64,000 bases of DNA from Verrucomicrobiales bacterium (GTDB lineage Bacteria > Verrucomicrobiota > Verrucomicrobiia > Verrucomicrobiales > V1-33): assembly GCA_031411295.1 (NCBI GenBank), contig JANOAV010000174.1, forward strand, positions 1 to 64,000, written 5' to 3'. Positions 51,501 through 61,170 of this stretch are shown here, in pieces. Within the stretch, counting starts at the first letter, position 1. The number at the start of each line of letters is the position of its first letter. A program made the position numbers and the translations under genes. The notes beneath the pieces were generated by a model. It was not told the DNA's origin. It worked only from the letters and a program-made list of their open reading frames with translations, and searched no databases.

Positions 51501-52310
51501 GGCCGATCTTCCGTGCCGCAGTCTTGGGGGACGCAAATCTTACGTTCGTTGTTAGAAAATCCCGCCGCGCGCAACGAGTTCGTGCAGACTGCGGCCACCT
51601 TACTGAACTCACGTTTCAGTGCCACCGCCGCTGTAGCGTTAGTCGATCAAATGGAAGCGGAACTTCTGCCTGGAATGGAAGAGCACACTAAACGCTGGCA
51701 ACCCGCCTTTGGCAGCGTGGGAGGCTGGCAAACTCAGGTCAATGTCATCCGCACCTTCGCGCAACAACGTGCCACCACCGTGCGCCAACATTTGATCTCT
51801 CAATACAGTCTAACAGAAACGAGCCTCACCCTGAACGTCGATAACGCCGCAGCGCACCGCGGCAGCATCCGCGTCATGGATCATGAGTTCGGCTCATCCG
51901 CCCCCGGAGCTGGGAATCCCGTCTTTCCCTGGACTGGCAATTGGTTCACCAACCACCCGCTCCGCATCGAAGCCATGGCACGCCCTGGCTGGATATTCAC
52001 AGGCTGGACGGGGCTCCCAGGAAATGATCCACAGGCCATTCTAACCCTCACCGCGCCAACCAGCATCACCGCGCATTTCATTGCTGAAAAGCCAGTCATC
52101 GACAACGTCGCTATCCTCCCAGCGCAAACGCACGTCCGCCTCCAACTCACAGGAACCCCCAACGCCCCTTATAAAGTGCAGACCTCTACAGATCTAGCCA
52201 CATGGGTCGATGCCATTAATTTCACCACTTCCGCCGACGGCACTAGCCAGGTGGACGTTCCCGTGGCCACTGAGGGAAGGCTCTTCCTGCGCAGTCAAGC
52301 CGTCCCGTAG
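48546..52310 (+). CDS. secreted CotH-kinase protein with duplicated N-terminal domains, lamin-tail and Fn3-associated domains
   Basis: VVINEV..DWLELYN, IRYTLDGSEP, LRLRNYGND, YLDGEYWG, DWPQNN, MFDVD. Confidence 0.87.
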   Translation: MKTHFLAVGQLVLAQCALAAPVFTTNGSGGSATDRFDISQGAAVIHSTNQHNGAGASDVRQIFGLPSAGAWVEPGNAIFADGFGLGFVDTVDWQTPQPLDLTSMELRLSQDGASALRGCSAFELLGSADGVNFAILSTGTIPAGASGNANVPLLISDTALTNAAGVRAFRLQLTRQTNGGPRVSECDAQGTISTTPAGTFLDRLAFNAATNTYTGRGGAVWDDEGPGLAAGFTFSSAVLGTDTVEDAFGNKNGTVEPEDFILGDGGEPDNGDQIVGTGGEMVDFIQWHTSQPLSLAGFRIALSGDGASANRDTEMVQFLVEGVVVDCFDNNGFDGVVTRMFVDGAITGDDFRIEFTRTTSSGGRIFDIDAITGPAGSHSGGVVINEVCAENDSSLKDEDGDSPDWLELYNNNDVDVDLSGWGLSDVATSPLKWTFPAGATIPARRYVMIFLSDKNRAVVGAPWHTNFQLKAAGEAVFLTKPDLTLADSAAAVPLRDDVTYGRFPNGTGAWKYFVAASPAKTNTLFTAWDSIVFDKPHFSVPGGFYAAAPALTLSTTEAGVTIRYTLDGSEPQPTSSEFLTPLVITTKAGQPKVLSLIQGTSTLNQHTDGWKAPVGEVRKATVVRTRAFRMGAPPGPVGTQTYFVGADGPRPDGLPVLSLATAPSGLFDYNQGIYMLGKIFDDYVAAHPGEVLTGHTPANYTQRGSGWERATHLEWFEPWPVSGPPGALAGVRAWGEPIGMDIQGQSSRSFRQKSFGVKARGTAGVDESIGYNFFPGLTKRGNGKPLEDFRHLRLRNYGNDWDHAMMRDSFAARLCRDLGTDVMSSRPASIYLDGEYWGILEIRENQDARYLQAHYDFNDSEAVIVQGSGGLEQGIPGDQIPFTDLLTYCATHDLANQADYDYVAARVDVPECLRYYLSEIYLANADWPQNNIRLWRRRLPVNDPLQGLGRDGRWRWLMFDVDLGCGHPWSAGVTENTLAVALAPNGRSSVPQSWGTQILRSLLENPAARNEFVQTAATLLNSRFSATAAVALVDQMEAELLPGMEEHTKRWQPAFGSVGGWQTQVNVIRTFAQQRATTVRQHLISQYSLTETSLTLNVDNAAAHRGSIRVMDHEFGSSAPGAGNPVFPWTGNWFTNHPLRIEAMARPGWIFTGWTGLPGNDPQAILTLTAPTSITAHFIAEKPVIDNVAILPAQTHVRLQLTGTPNAPYKVQTSTDLATWVDAINFTTSADGTSQVDVPVATEGRLFLRSQAVP

Positions 52311-52342
52311 GAACTCTTGGAAAAACTACGTTTCCCGTCCTT

Positions 52343-54802
52343 ATGCCGCGCCTACTCTGGTTCCTCATCTGCTTCACCTTTGCCTGCAAATGGTGCCTAG
52401 CCGAGCGGCCAGCTCCGACGAACCACTGGGCCTATCAGCCAGTGAAGGCCTTTCCCGTCCCCACGGTGCAGGACTCAAAATGGCCGCTGACAGAGCTGGA
52501 TCGGTTTTTCCTCGCGTCCATGGAATCGCATGGACTTCATCCGGCGGCGGACGCTCCTGTGGAGGTGCTTTGCCGTCGGATGTATTTCACTGTGACTGGA
52601 CTGCCGCCATCGCCAGCGCAAGTGACTGCGTTTGCGGCAGCGGCTGCCAGTCTAGGATTGGATGCGGCTTTGGCGAAGCTGGTGGATGAATTGCTGGCAT
52701 CGCCCCATTACGGAGAGAAATGGGCGCAGCACTGGATGGATGTGGTGCGGTATGCCGATGGTAAGGGTTCGGAGTATGATTATCCCATCACGGGCGCGTG
52801 GCGCTATCGGGATTATTTGGTGCGGGCGTTCAATGCCGACGTGCCTTACGATCAGTTCCTGCGGGAGCATCTCATGGGCGACCTAATGCCGCCTCGCGTG
52901 GTCGAGCAACGCAACGAAAGCCTTCTGGCCACGTGTTGGTGGCACTTGGGCGAAGCGGTGAATAGTCCGGTCGATGTCGCGAACGACGAAGCGGACCGCA
53001 TGGAAAGCACCATAGATACGCTGGGAAAGGCGTTCCAAGGGCTGACGCTGTCCTGTGCCCGCTGCCATGATCACAAAGTGGATCCCGTTTCCACGCGGGA
53101 TTACTATGCGCTCTACGGTGTGATTGCCGGCAGTCCCACGCGACGCACGTGGGCCAATGAACCTGCGCTGAAGAGGGTGGCGGATCAACTGCGCGCCAGT
53201 CGCGATGCTTACGATGCCTCCCAACCCCGCCCGACTCCCATTCCTTTGCCAGCCTTGCCTGCGGAGGAAACGGGACGGTCTGTTTCCTTGGCAGATTTCT
53301 CGGAGAGACTACCCGCAGGCTGGATGGTGGAAGGGGCCGCGGAGATCATTTCTGTAAACGATGCCATCTCCCGCGGAGCCTTGCCGGGACTGTGGAGCGG
53401 GCATTTATCAAGGAAATTACCCGCGTGGGTGAGGTCGCCAGGATTCACCGTGGATCATGATTTCATCGACGTGTTAGCCACAGGTGAGGACAGTATGATT
53501 CAGATTGTGATCGACAATTACCTCATCATCAAGAATCCGCTCTACGGCCATCTGAAGCAGGAAATCAAAAGTCCTGGCGCCTGGCGTTGGCATCGTTTCT
53601 CCGTCGGTCGCTGGAAAGGGCAGCGCTGCGTCATCGAGATTCATACCGGCAAGACGCATTCGGATTTCAACGTGCTTGGGGTGACTGACACTGACAAAGC
53701 GCAGTTCGGCCTGAGAATGGTGCGGCACACGAATGGCGCAGAGTGGCCGCAACCAAGCTGGGAGGCTCCGCCGCAAACGATACGCTGGCCAGGAGTCCCG
53801 GAGTTGGAAAAGCAGATTCCTCTGGCGGAGCGCTTTCTTGGCGTTAGTGAGACGGAGGGTTGGGACATCGCAGTGATGAATCGGGGGGATGCCGCCAAAC
53901 CATTACCCGGCAAGGTTCCCCGGCAATACCTCGAATTTTTCCCTGCGCTGCAACATCCCGTGGCGTCAGGCTCAGGCCGACGCGAATTAGCGGATGCGAT
54001 CCTCACGGAAGCCAATCCGCTCACGCTGCGCGTCTATGTGAATCGGTTGTGGCAACACGTCTTCGGGCGTGGGATCGTGACCACGACAGACAATTTTGGT
54101 CACTTGGGGAGTCCGCCCAGCCATCCTGAAGTCCTCGATTTCCTAACGCAGCAATTCCGCCAGCAACATCACCTGCAAACGAAGTCGGCCCTGCGGGAAA
54201 TGTTGCTTTCCCGGCTCTGGCGCCAAGCGACCGTCACGCCACCGAGCAGCGATCCTGACAACGTCTGGCTCTCGGTGTTTCCGCTGCGAAGGCTCGATGC
54301 GGAGTCTATCCGCGATAGCATTCTGGCCGTCTCGGGTGACCTTGATCTCAAGCTGGGCGGGGAGCCGATCCCGGTTCCGCACCGCATTGTTGGCGAGATG
54401 GAACCGCCCAATGGACCCGTGGATGGCCAACGCCGCCGCAGCATTTATCTGGAACGCCGCCGCAATTTTCCCCAGCGTTTCCTCAGCATCTTCGACCGTG
54501 CTCCCTCCCAAGCCACCAAAGGCACGCGGGATGTTACCAATGTTCCGGCCCAGTCCCTGGCCTTGCTGAACGATCCTTTCGTGCTCGAACAAGCGCAGCG
54601 GTGGGGGCAGCGCCAAATGAAATCGACCAGCAACGTGGATGAACGACTGGCGCAAATGCATGCGGCCGCACTTGGTAGGGTAGGCGATGCCGCTGAGTTA
54701 GTGGCCTTGCGCAGCCTGTTGGGCGATGCCTCGCAGGAAGAATCCTGGACGCTGGTGGCGCTATCGTTGTTTAATCAAAAGGAGTTTCTCTATGTCCGCT
54801 AA
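52343..54802 (+). CDS. DUF1549/DUF1553 (PSCyt2/PSD1) protein
   Basis: HWAY, YGEKWAQHWMDVVRYAD, CARCHDHK, VNRLWQHVFGRG, PSHPEVLD, RRLDAE, EFLY. Confidence 0.92.
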   Translation: MPRLLWFLICFTFACKWCLAERPAPTNHWAYQPVKAFPVPTVQDSKWPLTELDRFFLASMESHGLHPAADAPVEVLCRRMYFTVTGLPPSPAQVTAFAAAAASLGLDAALAKLVDELLASPHYGEKWAQHWMDVVRYADGKGSEYDYPITGAWRYRDYLVRAFNADVPYDQFLREHLMGDLMPPRVVEQRNESLLATCWWHLGEAVNSPVDVANDEADRMESTIDTLGKAFQGLTLSCARCHDHKVDPVSTRDYYALYGVIAGSPTRRTWANEPALKRVADQLRASRDAYDASQPRPTPIPLPALPAEETGRSVSLADFSERLPAGWMVEGAAEIISVNDAISRGALPGLWSGHLSRKLPAWVRSPGFTVDHDFIDVLATGEDSMIQIVIDNYLIIKNPLYGHLKQEIKSPGAWRWHRFSVGRWKGQRCVIEIHTGKTHSDFNVLGVTDTDKAQFGLRMVRHTNGAEWPQPSWEAPPQTIRWPGVPELEKQIPLAERFLGVSETEGWDIAVMNRGDAAKPLPGKVPRQYLEFFPALQHPVASGSGRRELADAILTEANPLTLRVYVNRLWQHVFGRGIVTTTDNFGHLGSPPSHPEVLDFLTQQFRQQHHLQTKSALREMLLSRLWRQATVTPPSSDPDNVWLSVFPLRRLDAESIRDSILAVSGDLDLKLGGEPIPVPHRIVGEMEPPNGPVDGQRRRSIYLERRRNFPQRFLSIFDRAPSQATKGTRDVTNVPAQSLALLNDPFVLEQAQRWGQRQMKSTSNVDERLAQMHAAALGRVGDAAELVALRSLLGDASQEESWTLVALSLFNQKEFLYVR

Positions 54803-56183
54803 CCTGCATCTAGCACGATCATTGTCCCGTCGCGATTTCCTCAATCGCACAGCCATGGGCATTGGCGGCATGGCGGGATTGGCCTTGCAAGCTGGGCTTG
54901 GAAACGCTCGCGCGGCGGCTCATAGCAAGCCCCGGGCCAAACGCGTCATTTGGTTATACATGGACGGTGGGGTGTCGCATCTTGATAGTTTTGACCCCAA
55001 GCCGAAGCTGGCGGAACTGGCTGGGAAACCGTTTCCCATGAAGATCGAGGCAACGCAGTTTGATAACAACGGCCCTGTCCTCGCCAGTCCCTGGAGCTTT
55101 AAGCAGTATGGGCAGACGGGGCTTGCAGTCAGCGAATTGTTTCCCCACATCGCCACCTGTGCGGATGAGATTTGCCTGCTGCGATCCATGACCAATCCGT
55201 CATCGGTCCATGCGGTCGGTAACTTCTGGACGCACACGGGCTGGGGCGTGGCGGGTCGGCCCAGCGCTGGTGCTTGGATCAGTTATGCGCTCGGATCAGC
55301 CAACCAGAATCTGCCGACCTTCGTGGTGCTCAACGGTGGGATGATTCCCATTGGGGGCATTGAATGTTTCAAAAGTGGCTTCCTGCCGGCGGCCCACAAT
55401 GCCACGTTGGTGGAGAAAGGCGATCCTGCATTCGACAACGTTGCCCCCGGATTGGCCTCCCATCAAGCCCGCCTGCTCCAGCATCTGCGCGGCACCGACC
55501 GCGCCTTCGCTACCAGCCTGGGCCATCCGGCAAACATCGAGGGTGCCATCGCCAACTACGAACTGGCCGCTCGTCTGCAAACGGCTGTGCCGGAATTGCT
55601 TGATTTCGCAGGCGAAAGTAACGCCACGAAGCAGGCCTACGGACTCGATGCGCCATTCTCCTTCACGCGCGACTACGCCCGCCAATGCTTGCTCGCACGG
55701 CGTTTGGTGGAACGCGACGTGCGTTTCGTGGCCCTGACGATGCCCACGACTCGCGGCGGAGATCGTTGGGACGCGCATGGTGGACTTAAGATCAACCACG
55801 GCCAGAACGCCCTCACCGTGGATCAACCCATCGCAGCCCTGCTCAAAGACCTGCGGCAGCGTGGATTGTTGGATGATACCTTAGTGGTCTTCGCCACCGA
55901 ATTCGGTCGCACGCCCTTTACCCAAGGCAGTGATGGACGGGATCACAACCCATTCGGCTTCAGCGTCTGGATGGCCGGAGCAGGGCTGCGCCCGGGCACT
56001 TACGGCAGCACGGATGAGTTCGGTTACCGGGCGGAAGCGGATCCGCTAACCGTCCACGATTTCCACGCCACGTTGCTTCATTTGCTGGGCCTGGATCATG
56101 AACAACTGACCTACCATCACGGCGGAAGAAATTACCGACTAACTGATGTGGAAGGAACGGTGGTGCGGGCGGTGCTGGGATGA
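54792..56183 (+). CDS. DUF1501 family protein (Tat leader)
   Basis: SRRDFL; DGGVSHLDSFDPKP, RRLVER, WDAH, EFGRTP, GRDHN, RLTDV. Confidence 0.92.
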   Translation: MSANLHLARSLSRRDFLNRTAMGIGGMAGLALQAGLGNARAAAHSKPRAKRVIWLYMDGGVSHLDSFDPKPKLAELAGKPFPMKIEATQFDNNGPVLASPWSFKQYGQTGLAVSELFPHIATCADEICLLRSMTNPSSVHAVGNFWTHTGWGVAGRPSAGAWISYALGSANQNLPTFVVLNGGMIPIGGIECFKSGFLPAAHNATLVEKGDPAFDNVAPGLASHQARLLQHLRGTDRAFATSLGHPANIEGAIANYELAARLQTAVPELLDFAGESNATKQAYGLDAPFSFTRDYARQCLLARRLVERDVRFVALTMPTTRGGDRWDAHGGLKINHGQNALTVDQPIAALLKDLRQRGLLDDTLVVFATEFGRTPFTQGSDGRDHNPFGFSVWMAGAGLRPGTYGSTDEFGYRAEADPLTVHDFHATLLHLLGLDHEQLTYHHGGRNYRLTDVEGTVVRAVLG

Positions 56184-56698
56184 TCGCAATGCGAACGATG
56201 ACGATGACCTCACGGTGCCGCATCCAGTTCCAGGATGATCCAGTCGGGGGCAGGAATACTTGGGGGGCTTGTGTCATCGCCCGGTTTGCCGGAGCGGTTG
56301 GCGGACCAGAGTTTCAGTTTGTGAGTGTCCGTTGCTAAATGATAGTGAATCGGCTCGCCCGTGACGCGGTCGATTGGTAGTTCCGACTTCAGCGCTGCGA
56401 GCTGCGTGGGGTAGGTTTCCTGAGTTAGGAAATACTACAAACAATACGACCAACCATCCCACCTTACGGCGGTGGCGCTTCCAAGCGGAAATGTCGGGAG
56501 AGGACTGGTCGGTATCTTCAATGGGCATATCTGAAAATTACAGCAAATATGATTATTAGCAAATTCAATCAACGAACCGCGCGACTTGGAATCGGACTAT
56601 TTCACCATTTAGCTGATTGAAACCGCGCAGATTAGCCGTAGGGGAATGGATGCGCAGGAATCTTGCGCTTTCCCCCACTTCCTTCAGAACTCGTTCCC

Positions 56699-57526
56699 AT
56701 GCCCTCCACCCCCCCTGCAATTCCGATTGGCCCATTGTCATTAGACGGTGAAAACCTCATCTTCATTCTCGGCCCCTGCGTCATTGAGTCCGAGCAGTTC
56801 GCTTGGGACATGGGGCGGGCAATCAAGAAAATTGCCGATGAGCTGAAGCTAAATTTCATCTTCAAGGCGTCCTACGACAAAGCGAATCGGACCTCCATCA
56901 GTTCGTATCGTGGATTGGGCGTGAAGGAAGGCTGCCGCATCCTGCATGACATTGGGAAGGAACTCGGCGTGCCCGTCACCACGGACGTGCATTCCGTGAG
57001 CGATGTGGAAGTGGCCGCGGAATACATCGACGTGCTGCAGATCCCAGCGTTCCTGTGTCGGCAGACCGACTTGATCGTAGCCGCTGCGCAGACGAATCGC
57101 GTGGTCAACGTCAAGAAAGGACAATTTCTCGCCCCGTGGGATGTAAAAAACATCGCGGACAAAATTGAAGCCTGCGAAAATAAAAAATTCTTTTTTACTG
57201 AAAGAGGCACGAGTTTCGGATATAATGCACTCGTGGCAGACATGAGGTCATTGTATTGGATTCGCGAAGCCGGTTACCGCATCGTTTTCGATGCGACGCA
57301 TTCCGTTCAGCGGCCTGGTGGATTGGGCGGAACGAGTGGAGGCGATGGTGTGTTAGCTCCCGTCTTGGCAAGGGCGGCCGTGGCCACCGGATGTGATGGG
57401 GTGTTCATGGAGACCCACTTCGACCCGGCCAAGGCGCTCTCCGATGGCCCCAACCAGGTCCCGCTCGACCAATTGGCTGGCGTGCTCAAAACGCTCCAAA
57501 CAATTCATCAAATCGTCCCCCGTTAA
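56699..57526 (+). CDS. kdsA: KDO 8-phosphate synthase
   Basis: GPCVIES, KASYDKANRTS, QIPAFLCRQTDL, KKGQF, DATHSVQ, SDGPN. Confidence 0.97.
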   Translation: MPSTPPAIPIGPLSLDGENLIFILGPCVIESEQFAWDMGRAIKKIADELKLNFIFKASYDKANRTSISSYRGLGVKEGCRILHDIGKELGVPVTTDVHSVSDVEVAAEYIDVLQIPAFLCRQTDLIVAAAQTNRVVNVKKGQFLAPWDVKNIADKIEACENKKFFFTERGTSFGYNALVADMRSLYWIREAGYRIVFDATHSVQRPGGLGGTSGGDGVLAPVLARAAVATGCDGVFMETHFDPAKALSDGPNQVPLDQLAGVLKTLQTIHQIVPR

Positions 57527-57584
57527 TAGTTGCTTTTCCGTCACCCAGCACCAGATTCAGTCTAGCTTCCACCGTCCAACTCCC

Positions 57585-58256
57585 ATGAAACTCTCCCCAG
57601 TTCTGCTGCTGCCGTTGACCATAAGCATGGCGTTGATAAGCACCGCCCAGGAAGCCAAAACGCTGAGCACGCCAGCTCAGCCCAGCGCGACCAAGCCTAC
57701 CGCTCCCGCTGCACCAACGACCACTTCTAGCGAGCCCGCCCCCTCCGCCGCGTCCGCCTCAACCGTGAAGCCCTCCGCGAGAGTCCGTGGCCAAGGATCT
57801 CCGATGGATGCCTTGTTCAAGCTGGTGGAAATCGGGCGCACTCACGAAGGGGTGCGTTATCCCTTGTTTGAAGACGGAATCATGACTTCCATGGTTATCA
57901 GCGAACGCATGACCAGACTGGACGACAATTTACTGGAAATGGAAAATGCGGTCATCGATCAACGGGCCGACGATCCCATTAAATTTTATCTCCAACGCGC
58001 TACTTTCAATCGTCAGACCGATCAACTCCTGAGCAGCCAACCTACCCGCATTGAAGGCAAAGCCTACGAAATCGAAGGAGATACCATGAGCTACGACCGG
58101 AAAAACAACGTCGCGCGCCTGGATGGTCGGGTGCGGATGATTGTTTATGAGACCAAGGCCAAGGAGCCTGTCAAGCCTACTGACGGAGTTGCTCCCGCCC
58201 CGCCGCCTGCCAGCAGGCCAGCGATCGAAAAAGCTCCAGCCCCTAAAGCAAAATGA
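57585..58256 (+). CDS. LptC-like LPS export protein
   Basis: Position kdsA-x-x-lptB; beta-jellyroll-like pattern ending LDGRVRM. Confidence 0.6.
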   Translation: MKLSPVLLLPLTISMALISTAQEAKTLSTPAQPSATKPTAPAAPTTTSSEPAPSAASASTVKPSARVRGQGSPMDALFKLVEIGRTHEGVRYPLFEDGIMTSMVISERMTRLDDNLLEMENAVIDQRADDPIKFYLQRATFNRQTDQLLSSQPTRIEGKAYEIEGDTMSYDRKNNVARLDGRVRMIVYETKAKEPVKPTDGVAPAPPPASRPAIEKAPAPKAK

Positions 58257-58374
58257 ACTCAGGGGCAAGACCAACGGTGATCTCGTTTAGCGAAGCAGGA
58301 TCGCTTCCTGCCGATGGCACCATTAGCACCACACATACACGATCCGTCCCATCCATTCTCTCATCCCCACCCGC

Positions 58375-59244
58375 ATGAAAACCATCCGACTCTCGCTCCT
58401 CGTGTTAGCCACCAGCACGTTCACTCTCATTGGCCAGGCTCCCGTGTCGTCGCCTGCGGAACAAGCGCGGAAGGTGCTGGATGATGCCCATAAGAAGGTG
58501 GCTGCCGGCCTCAAGCCAGGCGCGCCAGCGAGTCCACCGGCCTCCGCTGGACTAAGCTTCGCGAATACCCCGGTCCCTGCTCCGAAGGTGATCCCCAAGC
58601 CAAACCCTCCGGCCAGAGCCCCCGGGGACATGACCATCGATTCCAACTCCCTCTATTTTAACGACGACAATAGCAAGGCCGTGTTCCGCGGTCGAGTCCG
58701 ACTGCGATCGCTGGCCAAAGATATTGATTGCGAGGAACTGGAAATTCTCCTCAAAAAGGATGCCACCAAGGACACGGTAGCATCCGCGGCCCCCGTGAAA
58801 CCGGCCCCCACGCCAGCAGCCCCAGAGTTCGACCCCAATAAAGCAAACAAACCAGGTGTCGAAGCCCCGGCCGCAGCCACTCAGGATGTTGAATCTGATA
58901 AAATCGAAAAAGCGTGGGCGCGCGGCAACGGGAGCGTGGTCACCATCGTAAGTCGTGGTGGCAATGTGGCCGTGTGTAAATGTGGCGAAGCTTTTTTCGA
59001 TTCCAAAACCGGTAATTTAATTATGAAGATCTGGCCGGAAGTGGAGCAGGATGGTAAACGCATCGTAGCCACAGATAGGAATACCGTGCTCACGCTGGAT
59101 AAGAACAAGATCCTCTCTGCTGAAGGCCCAGTCAAAACCGATATTCGCAAGCCTGCCGAAACAAAGGAAACCAAATTGCCCCCAACCACCGCGGCTGCAC
59201 CAGCAGCTCCTGCGGCTCCGGTTCCCGTCACGAAACCACGCTAA
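58375..59244 (+). CDS. LptA/OstA-like periplasmic LPS transport protein
   Basis: Signal peptide; TIDSNSL, AVFRGRV, IDCEELEI, ARGN; directly upstream of lptB. Confidence 0.7.
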   Translation: MKTIRLSLLVLATSTFTLIGQAPVSSPAEQARKVLDDAHKKVAAGLKPGAPASPPASAGLSFANTPVPAPKVIPKPNPPARAPGDMTIDSNSLYFNDDNSKAVFRGRVRLRSLAKDIDCEELEILLKKDATKDTVASAAPVKPAPTPAAPEFDPNKANKPGVEAPAAATQDVESDKIEKAWARGNGSVVTIVSRGGNVAVCKCGEAFFDSKTGNLIMKIWPEVEQDGKRIVATDRNTVLTLDKNKILSAEGPVKTDIRKPAETKETKLPPTTAAAPAAPAAPVPVTKPR

Positions 59245-59287
59245 CCGTCTCGCTCATCCGTTCCTCTCCGTTTGCTCATACCATTTT

Positions 59288-60061
59288 ATGTCCGTTTCTG
59301 CTACCGCCCTCGCGCCCGAACCCTCCCTGCGCACCGACAAATTCCTCCTCCATACCCATGGCCTCGTCAAAGTTTATGACGGACGCGCGGTCGTCAACGG
59401 GGTGGACATAAACGTCAGGCGCGGTGAAATCGTCGGCCTGCTCGGCCCCAATGGTGCTGGTAAGACCACCTCATTCTATATGATCGTAGGACTGGTAACG
59501 CCGAACGACGGACGCGTCACGTTTGAAGGCGCAAATGTGACCAAGCATCCCATGTATAAGCGAGCCCGACTCGGCATGGGCTACCTCCCACAGGAAGAGT
59601 CCATTTTCCGCAAACTGACCGTGCGCCAAAACATCATGGCCATCATGGAAACCATGGACTACCCCCGGAGCGAGAAAAAGGAACGCTGCGAGGATCTCAT
59701 GAAACGCTTCGGAATCGAGAAGCTTGCTAACAATCTGGCACTGACTCTCTCCGGTGGGGAGAAACGACGACTAACCATCGCCCGATCCCTCGTCACCGAG
59801 CCCTCGCTCCTCATGTTAGACGAGCCTTTCTCCGGGGTGGACCCCATTGCCGTGGGAGAAATCCAGGAAATTATCCTCAACCTGCGCGAAGCAGGGTTGG
59901 CCATTTTAATCACCGATCACAACGTTCGGGAGACGCTTTCCATCGTGGATCGCGCTTACCTGATACACAGCGGCAAAGTGCTGCGGGAAGGCACGCGTGA
60001 CTTCCTCATCAACGATGAGCTGAGTAAAAAACTTTACCTGGGCGAAGAGTTCACCATGTGA
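59288..60061 (+). CDS. lptB: LPS export ABC ATPase
   Basis: GPNGAGKTTSFY, YLPQEESIFRKL, LSGGE, LDEPFSGVDP, ITDHNVRETL. Confidence 0.96.
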   Translation: MSVSATALAPEPSLRTDKFLLHTHGLVKVYDGRAVVNGVDINVRRGEIVGLLGPNGAGKTTSFYMIVGLVTPNDGRVTFEGANVTKHPMYKRARLGMGYLPQEESIFRKLTVRQNIMAIMETMDYPRSEKKERCEDLMKRFGIEKLANNLALTLSGGEKRRLTIARSLVTEPSLLMLDEPFSGVDPIAVGEIQEIILNLREAGLAILITDHNVRETLSIVDRAYLIHSGKVLREGTRDFLINDELSKKLYLGEEFTM

Positions 60062-60120
60062 CCCGTCCGTCCATCTAAATAAAAAAAACACACAGAAAGT
60101 AAACCGAAAGGAAATTAACC

Positions 60121-60714
60121 ATGCAAACTGCAAACGTAAACCTGCCTATCATCGTCACCGGACGCCATGTCGATGTCACTGAAGCCATGCGGGACTACGC
60201 CCAGAAAAAAGTCGAGGGACTTCATCTGGACTACCCAAAAATCATCGAAGCCAAGATCATCTTGGACGTGCCCCATGGTCATGGTGGACCGCGTCACTTC
60301 GCTGAAATTATCCTCTTCTGCGCCAACCATATCACCATTGAGGCCAGCACCGAAAGCGCAGACATCTACGCCTCGATTGACGAAACCATCAGCAAGATCG
60401 CGCGCCGCATGCGCAAGTTCAAAACGCGCCTGCTCAAGTCCCACCGCCCCCGGCAGGCCACGATTCGTCACCTCGATGAGCATGTTTACACCCCCGAGCA
60501 CCACGAAGGCGAGTCCCATGAGGAAATGGAACCCGTCATCATTCACAAGGAAAACTACAAGGTCCGTCCCCTCTATCCGGACGAAGCCATCACCGATCTT
60601 GAACTCAGCGATCGTTCCTTCGTCGTCTTCATGAATCAGAAGAACCATCAGCTCAGCATCCTCTTCAAGCGCAAAGATGGCGATTACGGAGTCGTTGAGC
60701 TGAATCAGGATTAG
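60121..60714 (+). CDS. hpf: long-form ribosome hibernation promoting factor
   Basis: VTGRHVDVTEAMRDY, DIYASID, C-terminal DEAI..L...F.VF.N domain. Confidence 0.9.
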   Translation: MQTANVNLPIIVTGRHVDVTEAMRDYAQKKVEGLHLDYPKIIEAKIILDVPHGHGGPRHFAEIILFCANHITIEASTESADIYASIDETISKIARRMRKFKTRLLKSHRPRQATIRHLDEHVYTPEHHEGESHEEMEPVIIHKENYKVRPLYPDEAITDLELSDRSFVVFMNQKNHQLSILFKRKDGDYGVVELNQD

Positions 60715-60740
60715 CCGGATCATAGGCCCCAGCCCTGGGG

Positions 60741-60785
60741 CAGATCGTGACGGTTACGCGCGGTGTCGCGTAACCCCACGATCTG
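60741..60785 (+). terminator. long hairpin after hpf
   Basis: cagatcgtg..ggttacgcg / cgcgtaacc..cacgatctg. Confidence 0.5.
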
Positions 60786-60826
60786 TCGCCTAGTTTGGAA
60801 AAAGATCGTCCAAGGCAAAAAAATAG

Positions 60827-60854
60827 TTGCCACCCGGAGTTGTTCGCCTAGTAT
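60827..60854 (+). promoter_or_regulatory. candidate tRNA promoter
   Basis: A-tract then TTGCCA-16 nt-TAGTAT, 34 nt before the tRNA. Confidence 0.5.
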
Positions 60855-60888
60855 CACGGCTCCCAGCGAAACGCTGAATTGGAACACT

Positions 60889-60965
60889 GGAGCGGTAGCT
60901 CAGTTGGTTAGAGCGCAGCCCTGTCACGGCTGAGGTCGCGGGTTCGAGCCCCGTCCGCTCCGCCA
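60889..60965 (+). tRNA. tRNA-Asp (GTC)
   Basis: GGAGCGG acceptor stem, D arm, CAGCC-CTGTCAC-GGCTG anticodon arm, GGTTCGAG T loop, encoded CCA. Confidence 0.97.
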
Positions 60966-61170
60966 GTGTTTTCCAAGGCCACCGGTCAGTCGCCAAAAAA
61001 GTTACATGCTTGCCATGAACGAGATGTGACTTACTCCGCCGCACCATCTAAGGTCCCGTGCGTCCGCTGCGGCGGACGCCACAATCCCCGCCTGCCGGAT
61101 TCGACTTTCAAAGAGCCGCCTGCGGAAGAAGTCTAAACCCATTTCCATTTTAAAATGAGTGCATTCATAA

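Noticed and set aside
56184..56698. Possible small gene or ncRNA between DUF1501 and kdsA
   Set aside because: Only a weak 84-aa ORF; no recognisable RNA structure
60790..61047. 85-aa minus-strand ORF
   Set aside because: Reverse-complement translation of the tRNA
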